DNA from: TPA_inf: Saccharomyces
Lineage: Eukaryota
DNA length: 64,000 nucleotides
Direction: 5' to 3'
Assembly: GCA_000146045.2 (NCBI GenBank)
Contig: BK006938.2
Coordinates: 64,001 to 128,000, forward strand
Shown piece by piece: positions 43,208 to 54,706 of the stretch (position 1 is the first letter of the stretch; the number at the start of each line of letters is the position of its first letter). The notes below the pieces were generated by a model. That model had not been told where the DNA came from. It did no database searches and saw only the letters and a program-made list of their open reading frames with translations. The position numbers and the translations under genes are program-made.

Positions 43208-46200
43208 ATGGTCAAACTTGCTGAGTTTTCTCGAACAGCCACGTTTGCGTGGTCACATGATAAAATTCCATTATTGGTCTCTGGTACCGTATCTGGTACG
43301 GTGGATGCTAATTTCTCCACTGATTCATCTCTAGAATTGTGGTCATTGTTGGCTGCTGATTCGGAGAAGCCTATTGCTTCCTTGCAAGTGGATTCCAAAT
43401 TCAATGATTTGGATTGGTCTCATAATAACAAGATTATTGCTGGTGCTCTGGATAACGGTAGTTTGGAATTGTACTCCACCAATGAAGCAAACAACGCTAT
43501 CAACTCCATGGCCAGATTTAGCAACCATTCTTCCTCTGTGAAGACGGTAAAGTTTAACGCAAAGCAAGACAACGTTCTTGCTTCGGGTGGTAACAACGGT
43601 GAAATTTTTATTTGGGACATGAATAAATGCACTGAATCGCCCTCCAATTATACTCCATTGACACCGGGTCAATCGATGTCGTCCGTTGACGAGGTCATTT
43701 CCCTAGCATGGAACCAATCTTTGGCCCATGTTTTTGCATCTGCCGGGTCGTCTAATTTCGCATCTATTTGGGATTTGAAGGCTAAGAAGGAAGTCATTCA
43801 TCTAAGTTACACTTCACCTAATTCAGGTATCAAGCAACAGCTGTCCGTTGTTGAATGGCACCCAAAAAACTCCACAAGAGTGGCAACGGCTACTGGTAGC
43901 GATAATGATCCATCTATCCTGATCTGGGATTTAAGAAACGCCAACACACCATTGCAGACTTTAAATCAAGGCCATCAAAAGGGTATTTTGTCATTAGATT
44001 GGTGTCATCAGGACGAACATCTATTATTGTCCAGTGGTAGAGATAATACCGTTCTTCTATGGAACCCTGAGTCAGCCGAACAACTGTCCCAATTCCCAGC
44101 TCGTGGAAACTGGTGTTTTAAGACCAAATTTGCACCAGAGGCTCCAGACCTATTTGCTTGTGCCTCCTTTGATAACAAAATTGAGGTACAGACTTTGCAA
44201 AATCTCACAAACACTTTGGATGAGCAAGAAACCGAAACTAAGCAGCAAGAATCTGAAACAGATTTTTGGAATAATGTTTCCCGAGAGGAATCAAAAGAGA
44301 AGCCAACTGTTTTCCATTTACAAGCCCCAACTTGGTATGGGGAACCATCTCCCGCAGCTCATTGGGCTTTCGGTGGTAAATTGGTTCAAATTACTCCAGA
44401 TGGTAAAGGTGTATCTATAACAAACCCAAAAATTTCAGGCTTAGAATCAAACACTACTTTGAGTGAAGCGTTGAAAACTAAGGATTTCAAACCATTAATA
44501 AATCAAAGACTGGTCAAAGTTATTGATGACGTTAATGAAGAAGATTGGAATTTATTGGAAAAGTTATCAATGGACGGTACTGAGGAGTTCTTGAAAGAGG
44601 CTCTTGCATTCGACAACGATGAATCAGATGCACAAGACGATGCCAACAATGAGAAAGAAGACGATGGGGAAGAATTCTTTCAACAAATTGAAACCAATTT
44701 CCAACCCGAGGGCGATTTCTCCTTGTCTGGTAATATCGAACAAACTATTTCCAAGAACTTGGTTTCTGGCAACATTAAGAGCGCTGTGAAAAATTCTCTA
44801 GAGAATGACTTACTAATGGAGGCCATGGTGATCGCATTAGATTCAAATAACGAAAGATTAAAGGAAAGTGTCAAGAATGCCTATTTTGCGAAGTATGGAT
44901 CTAAATCATCGCTCTCGAGGATACTATACTCCATTTCTAAGAGGGAAGTAGATGATTTGGTTGAAAATTTGGATGTCTCTCAGTGGAAGTTTATCTCTAA
45001 AGCAATTCAAAACTTATATCCAAATGATATCGCCCAGAGGAATGAAATGTTGATTAAATTGGGAGACAGGTTAAAGGAAAATGGTCATAGACAAGATTCT
45101 TTGACTTTGTACTTGGCTGCCGGATCATTAGATAAGGTGGCTTCAATTTGGTTATCAGAATTTCCAGATTTGGAGGATAAATTGAAGAAAGATAATAAGA
45201 CAATTTATGAAGCTCATTCCGAATGTCTAACTGAGTTCATTGAAAGATTCACCGTATTTTCCAACTTCATTAATGGAAGCTCTACCATTAATAATGAGCA
45301 ATTAATTGCCAAATTTTTGGAATTTATCAACTTAACTACTTCCACAGGAAATTTCGAACTAGCCACTGAATTCTTAAATAGTTTACCAAGTGACAATGAA
45401 GAGGTTAAAACAGAAAAGGCACGTGTCTTGATTGCTTCCGGCAAATCATTACCGGCACAAAATCCTGCGACAGCGACGACCAGCAAAGCCAAGTATACAA
45501 ACGCCAAGACAAATAAGAACGTTCCTGTACTACCAACTCCTGGAATGCCTTCTACTACTTCTATTCCTAGTATGCAGGCACCATTTTATGGTATGACACC
45601 AGGCGCCTCTGCAAATGCTCTACCTCCAAAGCCGTACGTTCCAGCAACCACCACTAGTGCTCCTGTTCATACAGAAGGTAAATATGCGCCACCAAGCCAA
45701 CCTTCGATGGCGTCACCTTTTGTTAACAAAACAAATAGCTCGACCAGATTGAATTCTTTTGCTCCTCCGCCTAACCCATATGCCACTGCAACAGTTCCTG
45801 CAACGAACGTATCTACAACGTCGATTCCGCAAAACACTTTTGCTCCTATACAACCTGGTATGCCTATTATGGGCGACTATAATGCTCAATCTAGCTCTAT
45901 TCCTTCACAACCTCCAATTAATGCTGTATCGGGTCAAACGCCACATCTCAACCGTAAAGCCAATGATGGTTGGAATGATTTGCCTTTGAAGGTCAAAGAA
46001 AAACCATCTCGTGCCAAGGCTGTATCTGTTGCCCCTCCAAATATCCTATCGACACCAACTCCATTAAATGGTATCCCTGCAAATGCTGCTAGTACCATGC
46101 CTCCGCCACCTCTTTCCAGAGCTCCCTCTTCTGTGTCAATGGTATCACCACCTCCTCTACACAAAAATTCTAGAGTCCCATCCTTGGTTGCAACTTCTGA

Positions 46201-47029
46201 GTCACCAAGGGCATCCATATCAAATCCATACGCTCCTCCTCAATCATCACAACAATTCCCAATAGGTACTATTTCTACAGCAAACCAAACGTCAAACACC
46301 GCTCAGGTAGCTTCATCGAACCCCTATGCTCCACCACCACAACAAAGAGTAGCAACCCCATTATCTGGAGGCGTGCCTCCAGCTCCGTTGCCAAAGGCCT
46401 CTAATCCATATGCTCCAACTGCAACCACTCAACCCAACGGTTCCTCCTATCCTCCAACCGGTCCGTATACTAATAACCATACCATGACCTCTCCTCCTCC
46501 CGTTTTTAACAAACCTCCCACTGGCCCCCCTCCGATTAGCATGAAGAAGAGAAGCAACAAGTTAGCTAGTATAGAACAAAACCCATCTCAAGGTGCTACT
46601 TATCCTCCAACCCTTTCCAGCTCGGCCTCTCCATTGCAGCCTTCTCAACCGCCAACTTTGGCTTCTCAGGTTAATACCTCCGCTGAGAATGTCAGTCATG
46701 AAATTCCAGCTGATCAACAACCCATTGTCGACTTCTTGAAAGAAGAACTGGCTCGCGTAACACCATTGACCCCAAAGGAGTACTCCAAACAATTAAAGGA
46801 TTGTGATAAACGATTAAAGATTCTTTTCTACCATTTGGAAAAGCAGGATTTATTAACCCAACCAACAATCGATTGTTTACATGACCTCGTCGCATTAATG
46901 AAGGAAAAGAAATACAAAGAAGCTATGGTCATCCATGCTAATATCGCTACAAACCATGCTCAAGAGGGTGGTAACTGGCTGACAGGAGTGAAGAGGTTGA
47001 TTGGCATAGCTGAAGCGACTTTGAATTAA
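43208..47029 (+). CDS. SEC31: SEC31 (YDL195W), the COPII outer-coat subunit, 1273 aa.
   Basis: It has an N-terminal WD40 beta-propeller, an alpha-solenoid, a long Pro/Ser-rich linker and a conserved C-terminal helical region. Confidence 0.93.
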   Translation: MVKLAEFSRTATFAWSHDKIPLLVSGTVSGTVDANFSTDSSLELWSLLAADSEKPIASLQVDSKFNDLDWSHNNKIIAGALDNGSLELYSTNEANNAINSMARFSNHSSSVKTVKFNAKQDNVLASGGNNGEIFIWDMNKCTESPSNYTPLTPGQSMSSVDEVISLAWNQSLAHVFASAGSSNFASIWDLKAKKEVIHLSYTSPNSGIKQQLSVVEWHPKNSTRVATATGSDNDPSILIWDLRNANTPLQTLNQGHQKGILSLDWCHQDEHLLLSSGRDNTVLLWNPESAEQLSQFPARGNWCFKTKFAPEAPDLFACASFDNKIEVQTLQNLTNTLDEQETETKQQESETDFWNNVSREESKEKPTVFHLQAPTWYGEPSPAAHWAFGGKLVQITPDGKGVSITNPKISGLESNTTLSEALKTKDFKPLINQRLVKVIDDVNEEDWNLLEKLSMDGTEEFLKEALAFDNDESDAQDDANNEKEDDGEEFFQQIETNFQPEGDFSLSGNIEQTISKNLVSGNIKSAVKNSLENDLLMEAMVIALDSNNERLKESVKNAYFAKYGSKSSLSRILYSISKREVDDLVENLDVSQWKFISKAIQNLYPNDIAQRNEMLIKLGDRLKENGHRQDSLTLYLAAGSLDKVASIWLSEFPDLEDKLKKDNKTIYEAHSECLTEFIERFTVFSNFINGSSTINNEQLIAKFLEFINLTTSTGNFELATEFLNSLPSDNEEVKTEKARVLIASGKSLPAQNPATATTSKAKYTNAKTNKNVPVLPTPGMPSTTSIPSMQAPFYGMTPGASANALPPKPYVPATTTSAPVHTEGKYAPPSQPSMASPFVNKTNSSTRLNSFAPPPNPYATATVPATNVSTTSIPQNTFAPIQPGMPIMGDYNAQSSSIPSQPPINAVSGQTPHLNRKANDGWNDLPLKVKEKPSRAKAVSVAPPNILSTPTPLNGIPANAASTMPPPPLSRAPSSVSMVSPPPLHKNSRVPSLVATSESPRASISNPYAPPQSSQQFPIGTISTANQTSNTAQVASSNPYAPPPQQRVATPLSGGVPPAPLPKASNPYAPTATTQPNGSSYPPTGPYTNNHTMTSPPPVFNKPPTGPPPISMKKRSNKLASIEQNPSQGATYPPTLSSSASPLQPSQPPTLASQVNTSAENVSHEIPADQQPIVDFLKEELARVTPLTPKEYSKQLKDCDKRLKILFYHLEKQDLLTQPTIDCLHDLVALMKEKKYKEAMVIHANIATNHAQEGGNWLTGVKRLIGIAEATLN

Positions 47030-47579
47030 TTCAGTCTCAAAACTTTCAGTACAAAAAGTGGCGTATTGGCCTTGTTTTTTTCTTATTATGTCTTATAGTA
47101 TTATATTTATATATTTATGTACTTATCCTTTTATGTTTAAACCTAATCAAGATCACAATTAGAACTAGCTTAACATTACTTCTCAAAACCAACCAATACC
47201 TCTTATATCTTTTTTACAGCCTTTCCCTTATGTTTTTACCATGTACACCTCGAGCGGCAAATCTCCGGGGAAATTTTAAACTTGCCGCATCGCACATTCT
47301 AAAGAACAAAAGGAGGAGGAACTGTCAATTATTCTATAATCTGGGGAAATTCAGTCATACTGAGAAAAACTAGACAATAGTCCTATCCTCGGCAAATTGC
47401 ATTGATAGTACTTACACATCGAGAGATCATAGGACAGATAAGAAGCATTTTATTGAAGAAAAACAGAGAGAGTCACTATAAGTTGACCTCACTATAGAAA
47501 TTAAAACAGAAAAGTTTTACTGAGGACCTTTTTAAACAGAAGGATATGCCTTTGTTGGCATAGAAAGAAGAATTTATAA

Positions 47580-50234
47580 ATGGATCCTAATAGTAACAGT
47601 TCTAGCGAAACATTACGCCAAGAGAAACAGGGTTTCCTAGACAAAGCTCTTCAGAGGGTGAAGGGCATAGCACTGCGACGAAACAATAGTAACAAAGATC
47701 ATACAACAGATGATACGACAGGTAGCATACGAACCCCTACGAGCTTGCAGCGGCAAAATTCTGACAGGCAATCTAATATGACATCCGTGTTTACGGATGA
47801 CATTTCTACCATAGACGACAACTCAATTTTATTTTCAGAGCCTCCTCAGAAACAATCTATGATGATGTCTATATGCGTAGGTGTTTTTGTTGCAGTTGGC
47901 GGATTTTTATTTGGTTATGATACAGGTCTGATCAACAGTATTACATCTATGAACTATGTGAAGTCACACGTAGCACCTAATCACGATTCATTTACCGCCC
48001 AACAAATGTCCATTTTGGTGTCATTTTTGTCATTGGGAACTTTTTTTGGGGCTTTAACTGCACCATTTATATCTGATTCGTATGGCAGGAAGCCTACTAT
48101 CATTTTCAGTACAATTTTCATCTTCTCTATCGGAAATTCTTTACAGGTAGGTGCTGGAGGAATCACATTATTGATTGTGGGAAGGGTCATTTCAGGTATC
48201 GGTATAGGCGCAATTTCAGCGGTTGTTCCATTATACCAAGCAGAAGCTACACATAAATCATTAAGAGGTGCTATTATTTCTACTTACCAATGGGCCATTA
48301 CCTGGGGCTTGCTCGTGTCAAGTGCAGTGTCGCAAGGGACACACGCAAGAAACGACGCATCTTCGTATCGGATTCCCATAGGGTTGCAATATGTCTGGTC
48401 GTCATTTCTCGCTATCGGGATGTTCTTTCTCCCTGAGAGTCCACGCTATTACGTTTTGAAAGACAAGCTAGATGAAGCAGCTAAATCTTTATCGTTTTTA
48501 AGAGGTGTACCAGTCCATGATTCTGGGTTACTGGAAGAACTAGTTGAAATAAAGGCAACATATGATTACGAGGCATCTTTTGGTTCTTCGAACTTCATTG
48601 ATTGTTTTATTTCAAGTAAAAGTAGACCAAAGCAAACTCTAAGGATGTTTACGGGAATTGCCCTTCAAGCATTTCAACAATTTTCAGGTATCAACTTTAT
48701 ATTTTACTACGGTGTCAATTTCTTCAATAAGACAGGAGTCAGTAATAGTTATCTGGTTTCATTTATAACCTATGCTGTTAATGTTGTCTTTAATGTTCCT
48801 GGTTTGTTTTTTGTGGAATTTTTTGGTAGACGTAAGGTGCTGGTTGTTGGGGGTGTTATCATGACTATAGCCAACTTTATTGTGGCCATTGTTGGGTGTT
48901 CCTTAAAGACTGTAGCGGCCGCAAAAGTTATGATAGCATTTATATGTCTATTCATAGCTGCCTTTTCTGCTACATGGGGTGGTGTTGTTTGGGTTATTTC
49001 AGCAGAACTGTACCCATTGGGTGTGAGATCTAAATGTACGGCTATATGCGCTGCTGCTAACTGGCTTGTAAACTTTATTTGTGCTTTAATTACCCCTTAT
49101 ATTGTAGATACTGGGTCGCATACATCATCATTAGGTGCAAAAATATTCTTCATTTGGGGCTCCTTAAATGCGATGGGGGTGATAGTTGTTTACTTGACCG
49201 TTTATGAAACGAAGGGTTTGACATTAGAAGAGATTGATGAATTATATATTAAGTCATCCACTGGTGTCGTGTCACCAAAATTTAATAAAGATATTAGGGA
49301 ACGCGCACTTAAATTCCAATACGATCCTTTGCAAAGATTAGAAGACGGAAAGAACACTTTTGTTGCTAAAAGAAATAATTTTGACGATGAAACACCAAGA
49401 AATGATTTTCGAAATACGATATCGGGCGAAATAGATCATAGTCCCAATCAAAAAGAAGTTCATTCTATCCCAGAACGTGTTGATATTCCTACTAGTACAG
49501 AAATTCTTGAAAGCCCGAACAAAAGTAGTGGTATGACAGTCCCTGTGTCACCTTCTCTGCAAGACGTTCCAATCCCGCAAACAACAGAGCCTGCTGAAAT
49601 TCGAACCAAATATGTGGACCTAGGAAATGGGCTTGGTCTTAATACGTATAATAGAGGGCCTCCCTCACTCTCAAGCGACTCAAGCGAAGATTACACAGAA
49701 GATGAAATAGGCGGGCCCTCATCTCAAGGCGACCAAAGTAATAGAAGTACTATGAATGATATTAATGATTATATGGCACGTCTCATTCACAGTACTTCTA
49801 CTGCAAGTAACACGACAGATAAGTTCTCCGGTAACCAAAGTACCCTTCGTTACCACACGGCTTCCTCACATTCGGATACAACTGAAGAGGACAGCAATTT
49901 GATGGACCTGGGAAACGGGCTTGCCTTGAATGCTTATAACAGAGGTCCACCTTCAATTTTAATGAATTCCAGTGATGAAGAGGCAAATGGTGGTGAGACG
50001 TCTGATAATTTGAACACAGCTCAAGACTTGGCTGGTATGAAGGAACGAATGGCGCAGTTTGCGCAGAGCTATATTGACAAGAGAGGCGGTCTGGAACCTG
50101 AAACTCAATCTAATATTTTGAGCACTTCTCTCTCCGTGATGGCTGACACTAATGAACATAATAATGAAATCCTCCACTCAAGCGAAGAAAACGCCACTAA
50201 TCAACCTGTAAATGAAAATAATGATTTGAAATAA
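47580..50234 (+). CDS. SNF3: SNF3 (YDL194W), the plasma-membrane low-glucose sensor (an HXT-like non-transporting receptor), 884 aa.
   Basis: A 12-TM hexose-transporter-like core is present with the PESPR motif. The long C-terminal tail carries two copies of a conserved ~25-aa motif. Confidence 0.93.
49617..49975 (+). repeat. Two copies of a ~25-aa signalling motif in the SNF3 C-terminal tail, spaced ~96 codons apart.
   Basis: The first copy is [30 protein letters not shown] (from 49617). The second is [26 protein letters not shown] (from 49905). Confidence 0.85.
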
Positions 50235-50671
50235 TTAATTTAATGTTATTCGATGTATTAATTAAGCGGACGTGCATTATAATTTTAATCATGTGAAAGA
50301 AATAATTGTAACTTGAGATACTACTCAACTTTTATAGATACACAATGTTTATCTTGACACACATTCAATTACATTACTTGATTTAATGCCTTTCCAAAAT
50401 TATGATCTTTTCTTCTATAACACTTTTGGATACTTAGCCGCCGACGGATACCATCTTCGGTCAACGTCGGAAGTCATTATAAACGAAAAGGTTTCCCAAT
50501 AGAAAAGTCCTGCAGGAGCCACGTATAACACTGGCTTGAATTATCAACAACTCTCGAAGGCGCTGGAAGAGAATTTTTACGCAAGTTAGTATTCGCATAA
50601 CATTAGTTGGCAAATTACACAATTTTTTGATACAATATATATACATATATTTTCCCCATTGTTTTTCTTAG

Positions 50672-51799
50672 ATGCCCACGATGATCAAAAAGGATGATAA
50701 AGCAATGGAGCCCCCTAATGAAAAACCGCATAGAAAGATCGAAAGAGATGATGTTCCAGAATCTTCCAATCACATCCCACCTCCAGAATCTGGTGTTTTA
50801 AAGGGCGGTAAAGTTAATTCAAAAACCAGAGCTTTAAAGGCCGTTACAAGTATCATTGCAGACGCCGATGAGAACCCTCAGAAGAAAGTGAACAATGAGA
50901 CGAATGGAGTCCAAAAGCAAAAGACAGAAGATTTGAGTAAAAGAATAGGTAAATTTGAATACCTTTTTTACAAGTTTTTACTTGTGTTGTTATACATCTG
51001 CTTCGGGTTGTTTCGGTACGGTCAATACCAATATAATAAAATGAAACTAAGAATATTCAGTATCATCTACAACCATGCATATACACCACAGTTGATTAGA
51101 CAGGACGTTATTCCTCTGAAAAAAATTCCTAAAAGGTTGGCCGCTATCTTGGAAGTCAAGCCAGTTGGCGACGTTGGCGGCGGTGTGACAGGTTTATTAA
51201 ATGACGCGAGTGAAATTGTTTGCTGGACTGTTTCAGCTGGTATAAAACATTTGATGTTGTACGATTACGATGGAATATTACAAAGAAATGTTCCAGAGCT
51301 GAGAATGGAAATTCATTCCAACCTGGCTAAATATTTTGGGCCAGCTCATGTTCCAAACTACGCTGTTAAAATACCTCATTCTAACAAGATATTCTACAAT
51401 CTAGACGGAATTGAAACCGAGACTGATGTAGGCAATGAGATAGAAGCTAACCAAGAAAAGGACAAAATTGCTATTGAAATTTCTTTATTGTCTAACAGAG
51501 ATGGTAGAGAAACGATTGTCGATCTGACCAAAACTATGGCTGAGTTATGTGCGGTTAACGAATTGAGCGTTTCTGACATCACAATGGATTTAGTTGATTC
51601 AGAACTGAAACAACTAGTTGGACCCGAACCAGATTTACTGTTATACTTCGGGCCTTCGTTGGATTTACAAGGGTTCCCACCTTGGCATATTAGATTAACC
51701 GAATTTTATTGGGAAAAAGATAACAACGAAGTCATATATTCGGTTTTCATCCGCGGCCTAAGACAGTACGCAGGATGTAAAGTGAATGTTGGTAAATGA
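50672..51799 (+). CDS. NUS1: NUS1 (YDL193W), the Nogo-B receptor homologue and cis-prenyltransferase (dehydrodolichyl diphosphate synthase) partner subunit, 375 aa.
   Basis: It has an N-terminal TM region and a C-terminal cis-IPTase-like domain (the NgBR family). Confidence 0.88.
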   Translation: MPTMIKKDDKAMEPPNEKPHRKIERDDVPESSNHIPPPESGVLKGGKVNSKTRALKAVTSIIADADENPQKKVNNETNGVQKQKTEDLSKRIGKFEYLFYKFLLVLLYICFGLFRYGQYQYNKMKLRIFSIIYNHAYTPQLIRQDVIPLKKIPKRLAAILEVKPVGDVGGGVTGLLNDASEIVCWTVSAGIKHLMLYDYDGILQRNVPELRMEIHSNLAKYFGPAHVPNYAVKIPHSNKIFYNLDGIETETDVGNEIEANQEKDKIAIEISLLSNRDGRETIVDLTKTMAELCAVNELSVSDITMDLVDSELKQLVGPEPDLLLYFGPSLDLQGFPPWHIRLTEFYWEKDNNEVIYSVFIRGLRQYAGCKVNVGK

Positions 51800-52320
51800 T
51801 ACTTAAGAGCTAAACGAAAAGATAAGTATCTCGCTCAACCTTTTAATTTTGCACAGTTGAATTCTCGTCTGATACTTAAGAAAGTCATTGCCCACATATA
51901 TAACAGTAGTAATAATGATAATGATAGCAATAGTTTTAAGCTAGCTACTTAGTTGCATTTTTCAATAGTTTAGTAAAAAAAGTCACGCAATAAGCTCTCA
52001 AGAAGCCACTAATACCGTAATGATAGCAGTTTATTGTAGAAAAACCATGTTATTACCCTTCCCTTTTTATTTCTTTTCGCGTTGCAAATCACATATAACG
52101 AGGTGGCTTGTATTTGTCAAACCAAAAAAAAAAATGAAAATCGAAAAATGGAAAAACAGAGAGAGAAACGGAATCTTTGACACGTTCTCGATCCACTTGT
52201 TTATCGAGGTGGTTTTTATAAGTCTTACTAGATAGAAAGTTCATTTTGTTTTGAAACTTTTTGGAACCTCTGGCATTGAAGGTATAAGAAAGAACTCAAA
52301 CAGGTTTAATAGAATTAAAA

Positions 52321-52866
52321 ATGGGTTTGTTTGCCTCTAAGTTGTTCAGTAACCTTTTTGGTAACAAAGAAATGCGTATTCTTATGGTTGGTCTTGATGG
52401 TGCTGGTAAGACCACCGTTTTGTACAAGTTGAAATTGGGTGAAGTTATCACTACCATTCCAACAATTGGTTTCAACGTTGAAACTGTCCAATATAAGAAC
52501 ATTTCATTCACTGTCTGGGATGTCGGTGGACAAGACAGAATTAGATCTCTATGGAGACACTACTACAGAAACACTGAAGGTGTTATCTTTGTTGTCGATT
52601 CTAACGATAGATCGCGTATTGGTGAAGCTAGAGAAGTTATGCAAAGAATGTTGAACGAAGATGAATTGAGAAACGCCGCTTGGTTGGTGTTCGCTAACAA
52701 GCAAGATTTGCCAGAAGCCATGTCTGCTGCTGAAATCACTGAAAAACTAGGTTTACATTCTATTAGAAACCGTCCATGGTTTATCCAAGCCACGTGTGCT
52801 ACCTCCGGTGAAGGTTTGTATGAAGGTTTGGAATGGTTAAGTAACAGTTTGAAAAACTCAACTTAA
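52321..52866 (+). CDS. ARF1: ARF1 (YDL192W), ADP-ribosylation factor GTPase, 181 aa.
   Basis: The protein begins [32 protein letters not shown]..., which includes the myristoylation Gly2 and the P-loop [14 protein letters not shown] and NKQD motifs are also present. Confidence 0.97.
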   Translation: MGLFASKLFSNLFGNKEMRILMVGLDGAGKTTVLYKLKLGEVITTIPTIGFNVETVQYKNISFTVWDVGGQDRIRSLWRHYYRNTEGVIFVVDSNDRSRIGEAREVMQRMLNEDELRNAAWLVFANKQDLPEAMSAAEITEKLGLHSIRNRPWFIQATCATSGEGLYEGLEWLSNSLKNST

Positions 52867-53369
52867 AAATTCTAGAATATGGATCAAATACGCTTGTATA
52901 AACTAAATGAAACATAAAGATTAAGAACTTAAGAGGCCAACGTCGATGGATTTATTGACGATCACCAGCCAACACATATAGATTTTAGTGTAAAAGCAAT
53001 AAAAACCAAGATAATAAAATAAAAAAATACTGAAGAAGCCTAACTAGTATAAACTACTTTAACTAATAATGGCAATTTGATATAGAAACAAAGAAACATG
53101 ATATATTTAGGATATTATACAACGCATTTTCATTTGTTTTACAGCACCCCTGCGTGAATCATATATTGACGTTTCGCTCTCAGGTCCACCGTGTTCTCAA
53201 AAGATACTTTTAAAACCTAAAACACACGAAATCATATTATGATAATTCAGAATGATAGTGTGGTACTGTGTCAATTGACTGTTCAAGACTGAAGAGGATC
53301 TTTGATTTGTTGTTACTCAACAAATAATCTTCACGAAAACTTTCTCAATCTGGGGACTGTATTAATCTC

Positions 53370-53399
53370 AGACCCATACATATCTACACCCATAACTTT
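53370..53399 (+). promoter_or_regulatory. Two tandem Rap1-binding-site-like elements in the RPL35A promoter, ~270-295 bp upstream of the ATG.
   Basis: The two sequences AGACCCATACATA and ACACCCATAACTT match the ACACCCRYACAYM family. Paired Rap1 sites are typical of ribosomal-protein gene promoters. Confidence 0.65.
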
Positions 53400-53663
53400 T
53401 TACATTTAATTTTTTATCACATAATAGGTAGCTTAAATTGTAAAGTCGCAAAAAAAAATGGCAGCGCAGCCTCTCCGGGTGAACCCCACGACAACTTACC
53501 TGGCACTCCATGCACTAACGGGCGGGTTTGGGCAGGATTCCAGCATCAATTTTGCAAAATTCACACCTGAGTAATTCATATATGTAATATAATGTTAAGC
53601 ATACGCTGTCGATTAGCACTATTATTGACCGTAGAATAGGTACAGTGAGACAGTATATTCGAA

Positions 53664-54517
53664 ATGGTATGTTTGAGATGAACAAAATAATAAAGACTGA
53701 CAACTGCAGAACAGAGAGGATCATAGCAACCTAGTGCAAGAAAGAGCCTCGAAGCGTTAAACTTTTGGAACGTAATTCATCCGTTGGCTATGTCTATTCA
53801 ATACAGTTAGAATACGAAAGCTGTAATCAAGTATATCGGATTATTCGCAAGCAAAGAATCAAGGAAAAGAAAGTGAAAATAGCATACATCTTTAAATTCA
53901 GAGGTTTTGCTGAATTTTAATAGGGAAGTTTACGTTATGATTGTTGGCCGTAGATCGCCTAGCGTTTGACCAAATTTAATTCTCCTAATTTTTTTATTGT
54001 AAAAAAGCCTTCCAACGAAATAAATTAGTTATTGGTTTTTTTTCTCTGTTACGAGGGATATATGATGCCTGTGCTTGTTAGTTCATTATAAGTGCTAATA
54101 AAATACTAACGTTAATAAAAATTTGGAATATTATTTCATTTTTTATCCTATTAATAGGCCGGTGTTAAAGCTTACGAACTAAGAACCAAATCCAAGGAAC
54201 AATTGGCTTCTCAATTGGTTGACTTGAAAAAGGAGTTGGCTGAATTGAAGGTCCAAAAGTTGTCCAGACCATCTTTGCCAAAGATCAAGACCGTCAGAAA
54301 GAGTATCGCCTGTGTCTTGACCGTCATCAACGAACAACAAAGAGAAGCTGTTAGACAATTATACAAGGGTAAGAAGTACCAACCAAAGGACTTGAGAGCC
54401 AAGAAGACCAGAGCTTTGAGAAGAGCTTTGACCAAATTCGAAGCTTCCCAAGTTACCGAAAAGCAAAGAAAGAAGCAAATCGCTTTCCCACAAAGAAAGT
54501 ACGCTATTAAGGCTTAA
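53664..54517 (+). CDS. RPL35A: RPL35A (YDL191W), ribosomal protein L35 (uL29), 120 aa. It is a spliced CDS: join(53664..53666,54158..54517), and exon 1 is the ATG alone.
   Basis: The ATG is followed immediately by a GTATGT donor at 53667. A TACTAAC branch point lies at 54104-54110 and the acceptor TTAATAG ends at 54157. Exon 2 encodes AGVKAYELRTKSKEQLASQLVDLKKELAELKVQK...KYAIKA. Confidence 0.88.
53667..54157 (+). other. RPL35A: Spliceosomal intron of RPL35A (491 nt).
   Basis: It has the GTATGT ... TACTAAC ... AG signals. The distance from branch point to acceptor is ~47 nt. Confidence 0.85.
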
Positions 54518-54706
54518 TTGGAAGTTCAATTATATACTATCATTATCTATAGTTCCAACTTTTCTACGTTTTTCTAGCACCTTTTAAATAATTGTTAAAT
54601 TAAAACATTTTCATCGAAAATCTTCAAAATATAAGACACATTGAGCGATGAAATAAGCCTTATTTGATTAGGGTCAATTTTGCAATTTATTCTATCACTT
54701 ATTCAT

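Noticed and set aside
45934-46218. 94-codon minus-strand ORF rich in Gly.
   Set aside because: It is the reverse complement of the Pro-rich (CCN) region of SEC31. GGN codons on the opposite strand avoid stop codons by composition alone.
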